A DNA stretch of 34,880 nucleotides from Nemertoderma westbladi (lineage: Eukaryota > Animalia > Xenacoelomorpha): assembly GCA_032718475.1 (NCBI GenBank), contig JAUCBJ010007023.1, forward strand, positions 1 to 34,880. The letters are read 5' to 3'. The position numbers and the translations under genes are program-made. The notes below the pieces were generated by a model. The model saw nothing but the letters and a program-made list of their open reading frames with translations, was not told the origin of the DNA and searched no databases. Positions 10,701 through 22,440 of this stretch are shown one piece after another. Numbering within the stretch: position 1 is the stretch's first letter; each line of letters opens with the position of its first letter.

Positions 10701-13700
10701 GGAGACGGTTTTGGTGTAAGATACAAACTCGGTTGAAGGTAATGTTTTTTAAAACAGGTGTTAACCATAGTACATAGATTACAGTTATCTGTTGATGGTA
10801 CCGGTAAAGCGCAGCAGTATGGTGTGTTATATATTAAAGAACAATGACTCCCGGTCTGCCGGTACCGCATGTTTCTTATACAGCCTTATTCGATAGATTT
10901 CATTTTCCATCTCCACTCTCGGTTGACCGCCCAGGTTCGGGGACCGACGCCATTCATTCATATTAGGTGCGCCGTCGCCGCGACCCCAGGATAATTGTTA
11001 TTAGGTCTATGCTATGCCGATGTTACGTTAGTAAACAGGTAAAGTCAGAAAGTAACAATGTATTATAAGTATGACTTAATTATAAGCCAACTGTATGTTT
11101 AAGCCTAATTGTTAGGTAGGCCTATACAAAGTATTATTGGCAGACTGGTACCTATTTCAATATTCGTTTTTTTTTTAAATTACCGGTACATGTTTTGTTT
11201 GTAACCTAAAATAATATTTTCTGTTATAAAAGCAGTGAGCCCGATGGGCCACCATAGTAGTGGATTAAAAAAATATTTTTTAATATTAACAATTTTGATG
11301 TTGCAAAAATTACATTTATTATGTAAGCCTAGATTCAACGTACAGACAGACAGACGTAAAGATAAGCTCAAAACGCTCAAACTTGTAAAATAGGAATGTA
11401 AAATTGTTCTTATGAACTGTGCGATTTTTTGAGATATGCATGACATGAGCTGCGCGATTTTGTTTGGATTATGACATATGATGAGGTGCGCAACGAGCCA
11501 ATTTCAGGTGCGCGGTGATTTCAAAACAACAAAGCGTACCTGCGCGCTCATGCATGAATTCCAACCTGGGTAGTCACTGGACCGCTGCGGTTTACTCCCG
11601 TAGAACAGTAGAATTCCCGCAGCTTCCGACCCAATTCGACAACGAATTCGCTTCACACTTTCGCGTCACAGAGAACGTAATCCAGTGCGATAACGTCTGC
11701 CCAACGTTCAACCATTTCCCCCAGGCGATCACAGGATCCAGGCCGCCGCTAAACCCAGATCGCAATCCTCGTCGATTCGTCCAGTCGTCGACGTGAGTAA
11801 GTGAGTAAGTGGGACTCTTCCCACCGCACTCCAAGGTGGGTGACCGGAGTGAGGCATGATGAACTTGGCAGTGGCCCGCATTACGATCTGACCGACCGCC
11901 GTATTCCCAGTGTCTGAGTGTAGTACAGTAGTAAATACCCAAATAGAATCGTACTGACAAACAAGCAATTCCGTAGTATTCCCCCGTTAATCACCTCTTG
12001 AAGCAACTCGGCTGCTCGGGTAGAGATACATCGGACTGTCGGGAGCGTTTCAGACATCAGACAGTAATGGAGCGGCATTTGCGAATATTTCCAATGGTTT
12101 TATAATAAATAAGGGGATTCAACAGTTCAATGCTAAAACAAATGGATTATTCCTAACCCCACCCCAATACAGCAATATACCTAACAGTATATGGCTTAGG
12201 TACCACAGTCTGACTAGCTTTAAATATTAGAGTATGAAAATTATTATAGGACCCTCATGGAAACGAGGTATATACCTCATGAGGCTATCCTTACACCAGA
12301 ACCTTTTATTTAAGTAAATAAACATTTTATAAGTTGACTATCTACATAAATCAGTATTGGTGCTCCTAAATATCTAGTGTTATTACTTGTACTGTAGGCC
12401 TAATATCGTAACGTAATCTTTATAAATGTATTATTGTGAATTTTAAAAGGTTTAATTATGTGTAAAAAACAATCAATTAATCAAACCATAATCAGCACAG
12501 TCAGCCTACGCATGGGTGGTACCTACGGTGCGCACTACAACGGCAGTACAGCAATACGGTGTACCGTGCCAATGACTGAATGATTAGCGGTAACTACTGA
12601 ACTATCTAAACTATTATATTATTATTACCGGTACTAGGCTAATTAGGCCTAAACTATAATCACCGCAAGGGTTTCCGGGGCCATGTTTAGATTACATGAT
12701 ATGGCATGTCTGCAGTGTATGGTACCGGCTGACCTGTATTGCAGTATTGACTGATTGCAGAATTCTCGATTCAGGAATTGAGTACAGCCTGACAGTACCG
12801 GTACAAATGGTACATGCAGATTGGCAGACAGCCCCTATGTTTTGCAAAATTTGTCAGAAAACCAGCTGATTTATCCTACAGTAATAATAATTTAAGACAT
12901 GTTAATTTTGGATAAATAAATATATTATAACTACAATAACAGTTACACTGATGCTGCACGAAGGCCCCACACAAATTCTACTTGGAAAATTTTCAAACTT
13001 TTGCCAAACAACATGTGTACCAAGTTTGGATAGATTTCATCAAGGATTGGCCGAGTTATTAACGTTTAAAATAAAATACTGAAAAAAAACGCGACAGAAC
13101 GACAGAACGACAGGTTGATTAATGGTACCACTACGCTAAGGCTCTCTCACTTCGTGGCTCGCCCCACAAGAAGGTACTGTTTCTCCTGTTCAAAGCAAAA
13201 TCTAATCATGAATACTTTTTCACTGTAACTCGTAACTCAACCAATTGGTCTTTTTTCGAAGAAATCCTACATGGGCATTTTGGAGCTAACCCGCCACTAC
13301 TGCTTGGCTCACTGGAAGTGTATTTAGGTAAAGCTCTATTGTAGGCTGTGGCTTTGTTTAAGCTTTAGCTGAGCCAAGACGACTGACATTAGGTTGGGAA
13401 CACGAACACACCATATTATCCTTCCCCTATTCATTTCAATGGTAGCCAGCTGCTTGTCTTTCCCGCACTGGGGGTAGACCATTGCCATTGGTTAGCTGTA
13501 TGCTATTGTAATACAAAGAGAGCGGCAGGATAAAGAGAAATGCCGACCTCACTAATAATGGGCTGGTCCCACAGGTCACTTTAAGGTAGGTGGTACAGTA
13601 GGTACTACAGTTTACATGTTCAAGGGTGCCAGTCCCTAGTCGCTAGCCCATAGTATGTCATGGAGTACCTGTAGTATAGTAGTTTCAGACGCTTTCACTC

Positions 13701-13777
13701 AGTATCCTAGTGTCCAGGAAGTTGGGAGTTGAGTGTGGGTGGGTGGATTGGTGGCCCCCACGCAACACCGCAGTGTC

Positions 13778-14179
13778 GGGTGACTACAAAACAAAGACCA
13801 ACGACCCAAATAATAAAGACCTGTACAAATACAAACACATGTGTTAACTTTCGTTTATTGTTTTGGTTCCCCAACACGCCTCTGTAACCTGCTTCTTTAC
13901 TAACCTGCTCCTTTAAATGGCAATGTGACCTCACGCTCTCTGGCAATGGGACCTAAAGCTCTTTGGAACCTAACGCTCTTTGGGACGTAACGCGACTTTA
14001 CCTCTTTGTTTTGTACAGGTCACAATGAGCGTTATGTACCATTGCTATTGAAAGGAGCAGGTTAGTAAAGGAGCAAGTTACAGAGGCGTGACGGGGGATT
14101 CAAAACAATTAACGAAAGTTAACACATGTAACAAGATTATGCAGGTCTTTATAATTGGGTCTTTATTTTGAAATCACCC
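13778..14179. mobile_element. Non-autonomous Mutator/MULE-type MITE (402 bp)
   Basis: Imperfect TIRs of ~150 bp starting GGGTGA and ending TCACCC (for example acatgtgttaactttcgtt / aacgaaagttaacacatgt and taacctgctccttt / aaaggagcaggtta). Perfect 9-bp TSD CGCAGTGTC at 13769-13777 and 14180-14188. Confidence 0.85.
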
Positions 14180-14249
14180 CGCAGTGTCCGCGAATTATAC
14201 ATTGTAAAAAAATATTAAAAAAAATTTTTAATATAAAAAAAAATATTAT

Positions 14250-14515
14250 TGAAATTAATTTCCGAAATGTATTTCCGAAATTTATTTCCGAAATTAACAT
14301 CCCGAAATTAATTTATGGACGTCCATTAATTTGTTATTTCATTACGATTCTGATTGGTTGATAGATTAATTTCGGGATGTCCATAAATTAATTTCGGGAC
14401 GTCCATAAGTTAATTTCGGGACGTCCATAAGTTAATTTCGGGAAGTCCATATAGTTAATTTCGGGACGTCCATAAATTAATTTCGGGACGTCCATAAATT
14501 AATTTCGGGACGTTC
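14250..14515. repeat. 22-bp tandem repeat (taatttcgggacgtccataaat, about 7 copies) with inverted degenerate copies on its left
   Basis: Direct copies at ~14367-14515. Reverse-complement copies (ccgaaattaatttatggacgtcc) at ~14250-14325. Confidence 0.85.
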
Positions 14516-14869
14516 AGATTATTATACATACTCCTCCTTTAACGAAGCCCCATTCAACTCCTTTTATAAGACTGTGTACTCTATCAATGCCTCAGTGGGC
14601 GGACTCCAGTACTGCAAGGCTCAGCGCCGGGTAAGTTAACAATATGTCAATAATAAAAATGAAAGCGAGCCGACATTTAGTCAGATCCACCAAATGGATG
14701 GCCAAGGAGACAGACTGTCTGGATTGAGCTGATTCGAGTTAAATCGCTTTGCCAAAACGACCAAGTAGCCCATAGGAACTGTCAGTGATTTTGGTCATTT
14801 TGGCCGCCAAAACGACCAAGTTAATGTTTATTGGGATTGGGACTGTATGTAGTACTATGTAGAGATATC

Positions 14870-16708
14870 TGTGGTCGTCTGTTCCCTTATTGCTGCAAAA
14901 ACAGTCGCTGCAGAAACAGTTCCTGTATAGCCTCGAAACAGGAAAAGGGCCCCCTGGACTGACAAAAAAATTCAGAAGTGCCGAAATTACCTATATAAAG
15001 CGCAGAAAGAGTCCCGACTCAAACAGACTACAGCGGCCAAGAATGCAGTTAAGGCTGCATCTAGGTCCCTGAACAGGCAGTAACTCTGTTAATCTACAGG
15101 AGCTAATAAACCAACAGGTTGATGCCATCAATAATGCTGACGACAGCAGGCAATCATCCCAGGCATGGAAATCGATTAACTTGCTTACTGGGCGGAAAAG
15201 CCAAACCAACCACCAAGGTTAAGGCTGAAGAATCACCAGCCGATCGCCTCAATTGTTGGAAGGCCCACTTTGAAAAGCTCCTCAATAATGACAGGGTATA
15301 GCCCGATAACTTTATAGAAGTAAAAGTGTCTGAGTCTGTACTCCCAGATATTCCCATTGGCGATATCTCCTTTGCAGAAGTGAAGGCTGCTGCAAAGAGC
15401 ATTAAGACCAATCGTGCCAGTGGAGTAGATGGTGTTCCCCCTGAGGTCTTTAAAATACCTGAGTGTTTAAAGCTCATCTTTCCCATCATAGTAGACATGT
15501 ACCGAACAACAAGAGTCCCACAAGAAATTAAAATAAATAAGTTGGTGCCAGTTCCCAAGAAGGGTAACCTAACACTCTATGGTTCTTTTCGGGGAATCTC
15601 ATTGATCTCGATTGCTGCAAAGCTATACAATAGAATTATATTAAATCGCATCAGGGATCCCATTGAGAGACTGCTCCGTGGAAATCAGAATGGGTTCCGT
15701 AAAGGTCGTGGGACCATGGACCCCATTTTGGCACTTAGAAGGATAATTGAAGAATTTTCAAAAAAGAAAGACAGGCATCTGGCTGTTATCTTTATTGAAT
15801 TCTTCAAGGCCTTTGATTCAGTCTCTCGCTCACGTATGTTCAGCATACATTCATTATATGGGATTTCTGATGAAATAATTGCAGCAATCAGATCAGTATA
15901 CGATGGTTCGACAACATTGATGATGTTGTCGATCAAAATGGTGACCTGTTGATGGTGACACAGAACCATTTGAAGTATTATGGGGAGTCCTCCAAGAAGG
16001 AGACACACTTGCACCATTCTTGTTCATAATTGTGGTTGACTATGTTCTACGCATGTCCTTAGATCATCATGATGATGATGGGGTGATTGTAACTCCACCT
16101 ACTGGCTCTAGAAGTCAAGGAAATCCTGCCAAGTACCTAACTGATCTAGACTTTGCTGATGATTTAGGAGTACTCTCAGAATCACTAGAAGGAGCCCAAC
16201 GGCTTCTCAGCTCATTAGAACATGCTGCTTCTAGTGTTGGTCTTTTTATTAACTCCAAGTAGACCAAAATTTTTGACAGTTAACTTTGAAAGTCCTCAGC
16301 AAGTCTCTGACCGGATGAGCATAAAGCTCAAAGGATGGTATGCTTGAGCATGTGGAACGACTTCTGTTTCCTGGCTTCATGGCTCCGGAAGTCAGGTGAG
16401 GACCTTCGAATACGTAAGGGAAAGGCATGGACAGCTTTGAATAGGCTTTCCAGGATTTGGATGTCACAGAGAATTAATCGGAAACTTAAGGTCCGATTAT
16501 TTAGAGCAGCAGTAGTTCCAGTACTCCTCTATGGGAGTCCATGCTGGGCTCTAACTGCTGAGGACACCAAATCTCTGGATGGCACATACACAAGAATGCT
16601 ACGCCGGGTTCATTGTGCCAAGTACAATGCACACATCTCCAACCAGACACTATATATAACATTGGAGGTGTCTCATTGGTTCCCCCAAGCTTGACACTAG
16701 AACAAAGT
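14870..16708 (+). mobile_element. Decayed, 5'-truncated non-LTR retrotransposon (RTE-like LINE) reverse transcriptase, 5' part
   Basis: Frameshifted fragments: RASGVDGVPPE, PVPKKGNL...FRGISLIS, NQNGFRKGRGT, FFKAFDSV, QEGDTLAPF-like, LDFADDL, HAASSVGLFIN, KVRLFRAAVVPVLLYGS. Multiple stops and frameshifts. The 5' boundary is approximate. Confidence 0.88.
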
Positions 16709-17266
16709 TGTTAGCTTATCCAATTCCGCTAACACAAACCCATAGAGTGAGCCATAAAGCAATATTGGGAGCACGAGGTTGATTACCAATCAACCTCGTG
16801 TCAGCCCAGTAAACGGGGACAATAGGCCCCAAAGGAGACACACACAATAAGGGTCAGGGGTTACTCCCCTGACAAGAGAGAGAACAGCAAGGGCGAAGGG
16901 AAGCACTTCAGAGGGGGGCAAAGGGTGCCAACAGGGGTATCAACCAATCAGAGGGGGGAAAGGCATCGATTGAGTAGCAATAAGGCCACCGTGCAATATA
17001 TTACCGGTCGTGCTATCCATTCACTTCAGTTATCTCAGTCTGTCACTACAGTCACGGTAGTACGGTGACAATTTAGACCATCACCGCCGTCACCAATCAC
17101 ATATCATTCAGTATACCGGTTAACTGTGCTATCTACTATCACTCTGTATTATATATATATCAGTCCATAATAACGACACTGGAACAACAACTCTTTTCAT
17201 TCACACGGCGGGGACGCGTACATAAGCGACACCGGATAAACCGGGATCCTCTCGGATCCCGTCACA
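16709..17266 (+). repeat. 5' LTR
   Basis: tgttagc...gtcaca; matches 22839-23396 except one substitution seen (16944 C vs 23074 A). Confidence 0.97.
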
Positions 17267-17316
17267 GTCTAAATTCTAGGCCTGCCGAACTGTAGCTGAC
17301 AGCCACCAAAGACAAG

Positions 17317-20300
17317 ATGAGTAGAGGAGGAGAAACTACACCGCCGCGGACCCCGGACGACGATCTAACGATCCGCGAGGCCACGGCGAGACGATACGAA
17401 CCCACGACGCCGGTCGATGCTACGCCGACCACGTCGACGCAGGTTGACGCTACGTCGATAACGAGCAACACGGCGAACCAAGATGTGGGGGGTCGTCTAC
17501 CAGGAGAGAGCGAGTCGAGTAGAGGAGACGAGTCGACGCGGAGCGAGGGTCGACATACCGATGTCACCGGTCAGCCACAGGCCGAGGACGACGGACGGTC
17601 CACCGGAACGGCAACGGTGGGGCCGTCGGTACGACGTCGGACCCGAAGAGACAGAGGAGAGATCGGCGACGAGGACGTCGGGGTTTCTGATCGACTTCGA
17701 CGGGCCTACAACGCGACCCGGGAACTACTAAAGGAGGCCAAGGAGGGGGCGAAGATAGACGAGGTGAGACTGAGAAAGCGACTAGGTGAGTCGAACAGAT
17801 ACTTTGATCACCTAGTGTGTTCTGGACAGAGAGAACTAGCAGAGTTGAGGGCGTGGGGAGTTGCCTTCGAACTGTTTAAACTATGGGAATGTGGGGGTAT
17901 GGAACCTAGTGTAGTGTACATAGGGCCATACTTAGTCGATGCCCAGGATACAAAATTAGTGGGTTGGAAGAGACCTGAGGAGGGCGAATCCGAGGTTAAA
18001 CCCGAGGATTCGGTCTCGTCGGTCGGAGGAAGTTCCGGGAGGCGGGGGAAAGTTAGTAGGACGGAGGGGCGGCGGGAGTCCGTCGCGACCGATAAGTCTG
18101 CTATATCCTCCGTAAAAGAAAGACGGGTGCGAGAGAGTGAACGCATGGCGTATAAATTAGAAATGGTTGCGACAGAGCAGAATGAGTTGGAGAGACGATT
18201 GAGAGAGGAAACCGCATTCTCAGAGAAGGTAGGAGGGTTGGAGAGGGAGTGTAGAGAGAAGGCCGAGGAGTATAGAGAGAGAGCCAAGGAGTGTAGAGAG
18301 ATGGGAGTAGAGAACGAGCCGGTGAGGCGGCTTGAGATAATTGCGAGAAAGGAAGAGTTGGCCGAGCAGAATATGCGAGAGATGGGGATAGAGGGTGAGC
18401 GCAGGCGGGATGATTTGCATGCCGTGCTAGGCGGGCTTGTGCAATATCAAGCCAAACTGGAGCGGCGCCGACGAGAACTGGCGCGGTTGGAAATGTCAGA
18501 GAGTGAGACCCCACTTACAGACACCGGGCGAGAGAACCAGAACTGGTGTAGCCGTACGGGCGGGGGGGGGTAGTAGTAGTATGTTAGAAGTAGTTAATGT
18601 TAATAGTACCGTATTAGATAACCTTAATCCCTTTATTGCAGCAAATAATATTTTACCGGGTAGTAATTTAAACTTAAACTCAAATAATAACGTTAATTCA
18701 AATATTCAGAATAATTCAAATAATACGAACAATAATTTAAATTTTGAAAATTCAAATAATTCTAATTTAAATAATTTAAATCTCGTTTCAAATTCTAATA
18801 ATTTAATTGATTTAACAAATAATATTGGGAATGGTGCTATTGATATGAGCGTGTCAGACGTGTATAGCCCGGCAGACGGCGGCCTGGTAGGCCACGCAGT
18901 AGTAGAGAGAGAGGCGGGGGTGAATAGACCCGGCCGCAGTAGAAACAGTGTGTCGACTAGAGACGAAGTAAGAGATAGTGAAGTTAGATGTGGCGAGTGG
19001 GGGGGGGGGGGCTACCGGCGCCCCACCACATAAGATTAGTGGCGAGAGAGGGGGGGCAGAGAATGCCCCACAAGAGGGGTGTGGAAGTGTAGTAAGAGAT
19101 AGTGAAGTTAGAAGTGGCGGGTGGGGGGGGGCTACGGACACCCCACCGCGAGAAGTTAGTGGAGAGAGAGGGGGGGCAGAGAGTGTCCCACAGCCGTCAG
19201 CGGATAATGCGCGGGCCGAGCTAGGTAAACCGCAACACCCGGCGACGGAGAGTAATAGGGGGATTGCGAGTATCCCCAGCGGCGTGCGATCGAGTAGAGA
19301 GAGGCAGGTTGACGTCGCGAGAGGGCAGACGAAGCGTCGAGCCCGATTAGAAGAGGGAGGAAGAAGAGTGGAGTTTAACCGGGAGGTCGACGAGAGACCT
19401 CACGAGCCGGAATACTACACAGAAAAGAGAAGAAGAGAAGATAGTAGAAGAAGTGTCGCCACGAACGATAGCAGTGCGAGGACGGATAACGGACCGTCGA
19501 CAGTAGAGATGGAGTCAGGGAGCCAGTGGGGTCGAACTTCGGGAGATTGCCGTCGCCCCGGAGAAACGCACCGCACGCCAAGAGAGGGGTACAGGAGGTA
19601 CCAATACAAAGTCGAGAACAGGAGAGGGGATCGAAGAGAAGCTTCCCGACGGGATATAGCTGCCGATCGAGAGTGCAGTAGTCGCGGGGAGATTAGAGAT
19701 TCGCGAAGAATAAACTTCGGTTCGGAAGGGCACATGCAGACTGCAGGACATACTGTAGGCCTTACTGCACATACTATTATAGGCCATGCTGGGAGAGATA
19801 GAGTATGCGATAGGGTAGCGCGAACGACGGGATTAAACCCGGAAGTCGCGGAGTACATACAGGTAGGTAGGCGAGAGGTAGGTAGGCCTATATCGGTACA
19901 GCAGCATGACTATAATACACAGGGACATAACATATATCCAGGGGAGGGGGGAGTTATTGGAGATAGACGTATGGGCCCCAATGTATTAACATCAACCCCA
20001 GTACCAAACATATCGGCCGGGGGGGGACAGGGTGACATTCCCCCATCACAATATCGACAATATACCCCAATAGGAGCGAGAACATCGAACCCCTTGGACG
20101 AGAACAGGCCGTGCGGACAGTCAATACCACACGCGGCCGTACAGGGGACTGCTAGTCCACAGTTAGCTGGGAGCAGGGCCACACCGTGGCGTGGCAGGGA
20201 CAGAAAGAAAATAACACCAAAAATAAACACAATCCCAATATACCCAGTAGGCCGAGTCTAGACAACCAAAACATTAAATCGGTACATATAAACCTAAGCG

Positions 20301-20890
20301 CGATACGTGAAGGACTATACAGGAAACGCTATAATCCAGGATTCCAATGTCAATTACATCGGGACGGAACCCATAAGACCAGGAGTTGTAAGTACTGGCA
20401 AGCGTTGCCCAAACGAGATCGTGTAGCCTACACAGACGCAAACGGACTATGTCATCGATGTGTGGTAAAAGGACACAGATCCGGAGAGTGTTGGAAAGGG
20501 AGAGGATATGAAAGGACTAAACCAGGGGCAGAGAAGCCCATTAGCAAACATAAGGGAGTCGGGAAAGTAGAAGGAGGCGTGTTGCATACACACGCAGGAC
20601 GGACACAGTGCGAGGGGGCATTGCACGGGCAGACACCGCGTATACCGAGGGACGAGCGGGGGTCGTCGAGGGCTCTAATGCCAGCGCACATACGAAGGGG
20701 GAGGCCAGCAAAGGTGGCACCGAAGAGAGTGTGGCGAAGAGTTAGAGGACGTATAGGAGGGCAGCAGGAGAGTGCCTACCGGAAGAAGGGGCACGTGAGA
20801 GTTTTTAGTCGTCCAAAGTTTTGGACTGAGGGGGGTGGGAATGAGGGCGAGACGCCCTTCCCACGCACAAAATATAAAATAATTATTTAA
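17317..20890 (+). pseudogene. Frameshifted BEL/Pao-like gag remnant (ORFs 17317..18573, 18437..19033, 18978..20261, 20186..20890)
   Basis: VKPEDSVSS motif followed by an E/R-rich coiled coil, as in BEL gag N-termini. Paired Zn knuckles CQLHRDGTHKTRSC and CHRCVVKGHRSGEC have spacing like those in BEL-2. The first two frame changes fall at G9 (18562-18570) and G13 (18999-19011) runs. Confidence 0.75.
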
Positions 20891-20909
20891 TTAAAAATAA
20901 TTAAATAAT

Positions 20910-22440
20910 AGAGTAGGTAGAAGTTAGGTAGTTAGTTAGTTAGTTAGTTAGTTAAAGGGTGGTACGTAGTACCGTTAGTAGAAGAGTTAGTAGGAGGGTA
21001 CGTGTAGTACCGTTAGTAGAAGAGTTAGTAGGAGGGTACGTGTAGTACCGTTAGTAGAAGAGTTAGTAGGAGGGTACGTGTAGTACCGTTAGTAGAAGAG
21101 TTAGTAGAAGGGTACGTGTAGTACCGTTAGTAGAAGAGTTAGTAGGAGGGTACGTGTAGTACCGTTAGTAGAAGAGAGTTAGAGGGTACGTAAGTACCGC
21201 TAGTTAGTTAGAGTTAGAGGGTACGTAAGTACCGCTAGTTAGTTAGAGTTAGAGGGTACGTAAGTACCGCTAGTTAGAGTAAGAGTTAGAGGGTACGTAA
21301 GTACCGCTAGGTAGTTAGAGTTAGAGTAGTAAGAGGGTACGTTGTACCGCTAGCTAGTAGAGAGAGCTAGAGTAGTAAGAGGGTACGTTGTACCGCTAGC
21401 TAGTAGAGAGAGCTAGAGTAGTAAGAGGGTACGTTGTACCGCTAGCTAGTAGAGAGAGCTAGAGTAGTAAGAGGGTACGTAGTACCGCTAGTTAGGGGTG
21501 TTAGTAGTAGCAGTAGAGGGTTGTGGGCACCGTAAGCGCCACGTAGTTAGAGTTAGTAGGGAATGCGCTGAACTTAGTGGGGCACGGGCGTGATGACGTG
21601 TTTGATGTAAGAGCAGGGTATGTTAATTAGGGTGGGTGCCGGGCACAAGAGGTGCCGGGCACAAAAAGAGTTAGTAGTAGAGTTAGTTGAGTTAGTAGTA
21701 GAGTTAGTTGAGTTAGTAGAGAGTTAGTAGAGTTAGAAGGTGCCGGGCACAAGAGGTGCCGGGCACAAAAAGAGTTAGTAGAGTTAGAAGGTGCCGGGCA
21801 CAAGAGGTGCCGGGCACAAAAGGAGTTAGTAGAGTTAGAAGAGAGTTAGTAGAGTTAGTAGAGTCAGTAGTAGTTCACATAATTAACGTACCCACTCTGC
21901 CGGCACTCAGAGCGTCACGTGTAGGCGATGAGACGTAAAGGGGGAGTAGAGGAGTAGAGACGGGCACATTGGGTGCCAGGTAGTAGAAGAGTAAAGAGGG
22001 CACATAGGGTGCCAGGTAGTAGAGTAGAGCAGAGGGGGCACATAGGGTGCCAGGTAGTAGAGCTAGAGAGGTAGTTGAGTAGTAGAAGGGCACATAGGGT
22101 GCCAGATAGTAGAGTGGTTGTGGGCACCGCAAGCGCCACGTAGTTAGAAGAGTGGAGTAGAGTTAGTAGAGCTAGTTAGTAGAGTTAGTAGAGCTAGTTA
22201 GTAGAGTTAGCAGAGCTAGTGGAGTAGAGTTAGTAGAGCTAGTTAAGCAGAGTTGGTAGACTCAGAGGAGTCAAGTAGAGTTAGTAGAAGTAGAAAGTTA
22301 GTAGGAGTTAGTTAGACTTAGTAGAGAGTTAGAGTCAGTAGAAAGTTAGAGGCTCTCAGTTAGAGCTAGAAGTAGTAAGAGTTAGTAGTTAGCAGAGTTA
22401 GTTAGATAGTTAGAGTTAGTAAGCAGTAGGTAGATAGTAT
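20910..22440 (+). repeat. Composite array of short hairpins (GGTAC-loop-GTACC, GTGCC-G-GGCAC, GGCAC-loop-GTGCC) in AGTAG/AGTTAG/AGAG linkers
   Basis: 14 GGTAC..GTACC units at 20961-21486 (periods about 38, 35 and 46 bp), 6 GTGCCGGGCAC units at ~21636-21820 and 4 GGCAC-ATWGG-GTGCC units at ~21962-22105. Confidence 0.92.

Noticed and set aside
20910-22440. Telomeric repeat (TTAGG-like) or CRISPR-like repeat-spacer array
   Set aside because: There is no regular telomere unit. The linkers are low-complexity and related to each other rather than unique spacers, and the array is internal to an LTR element.
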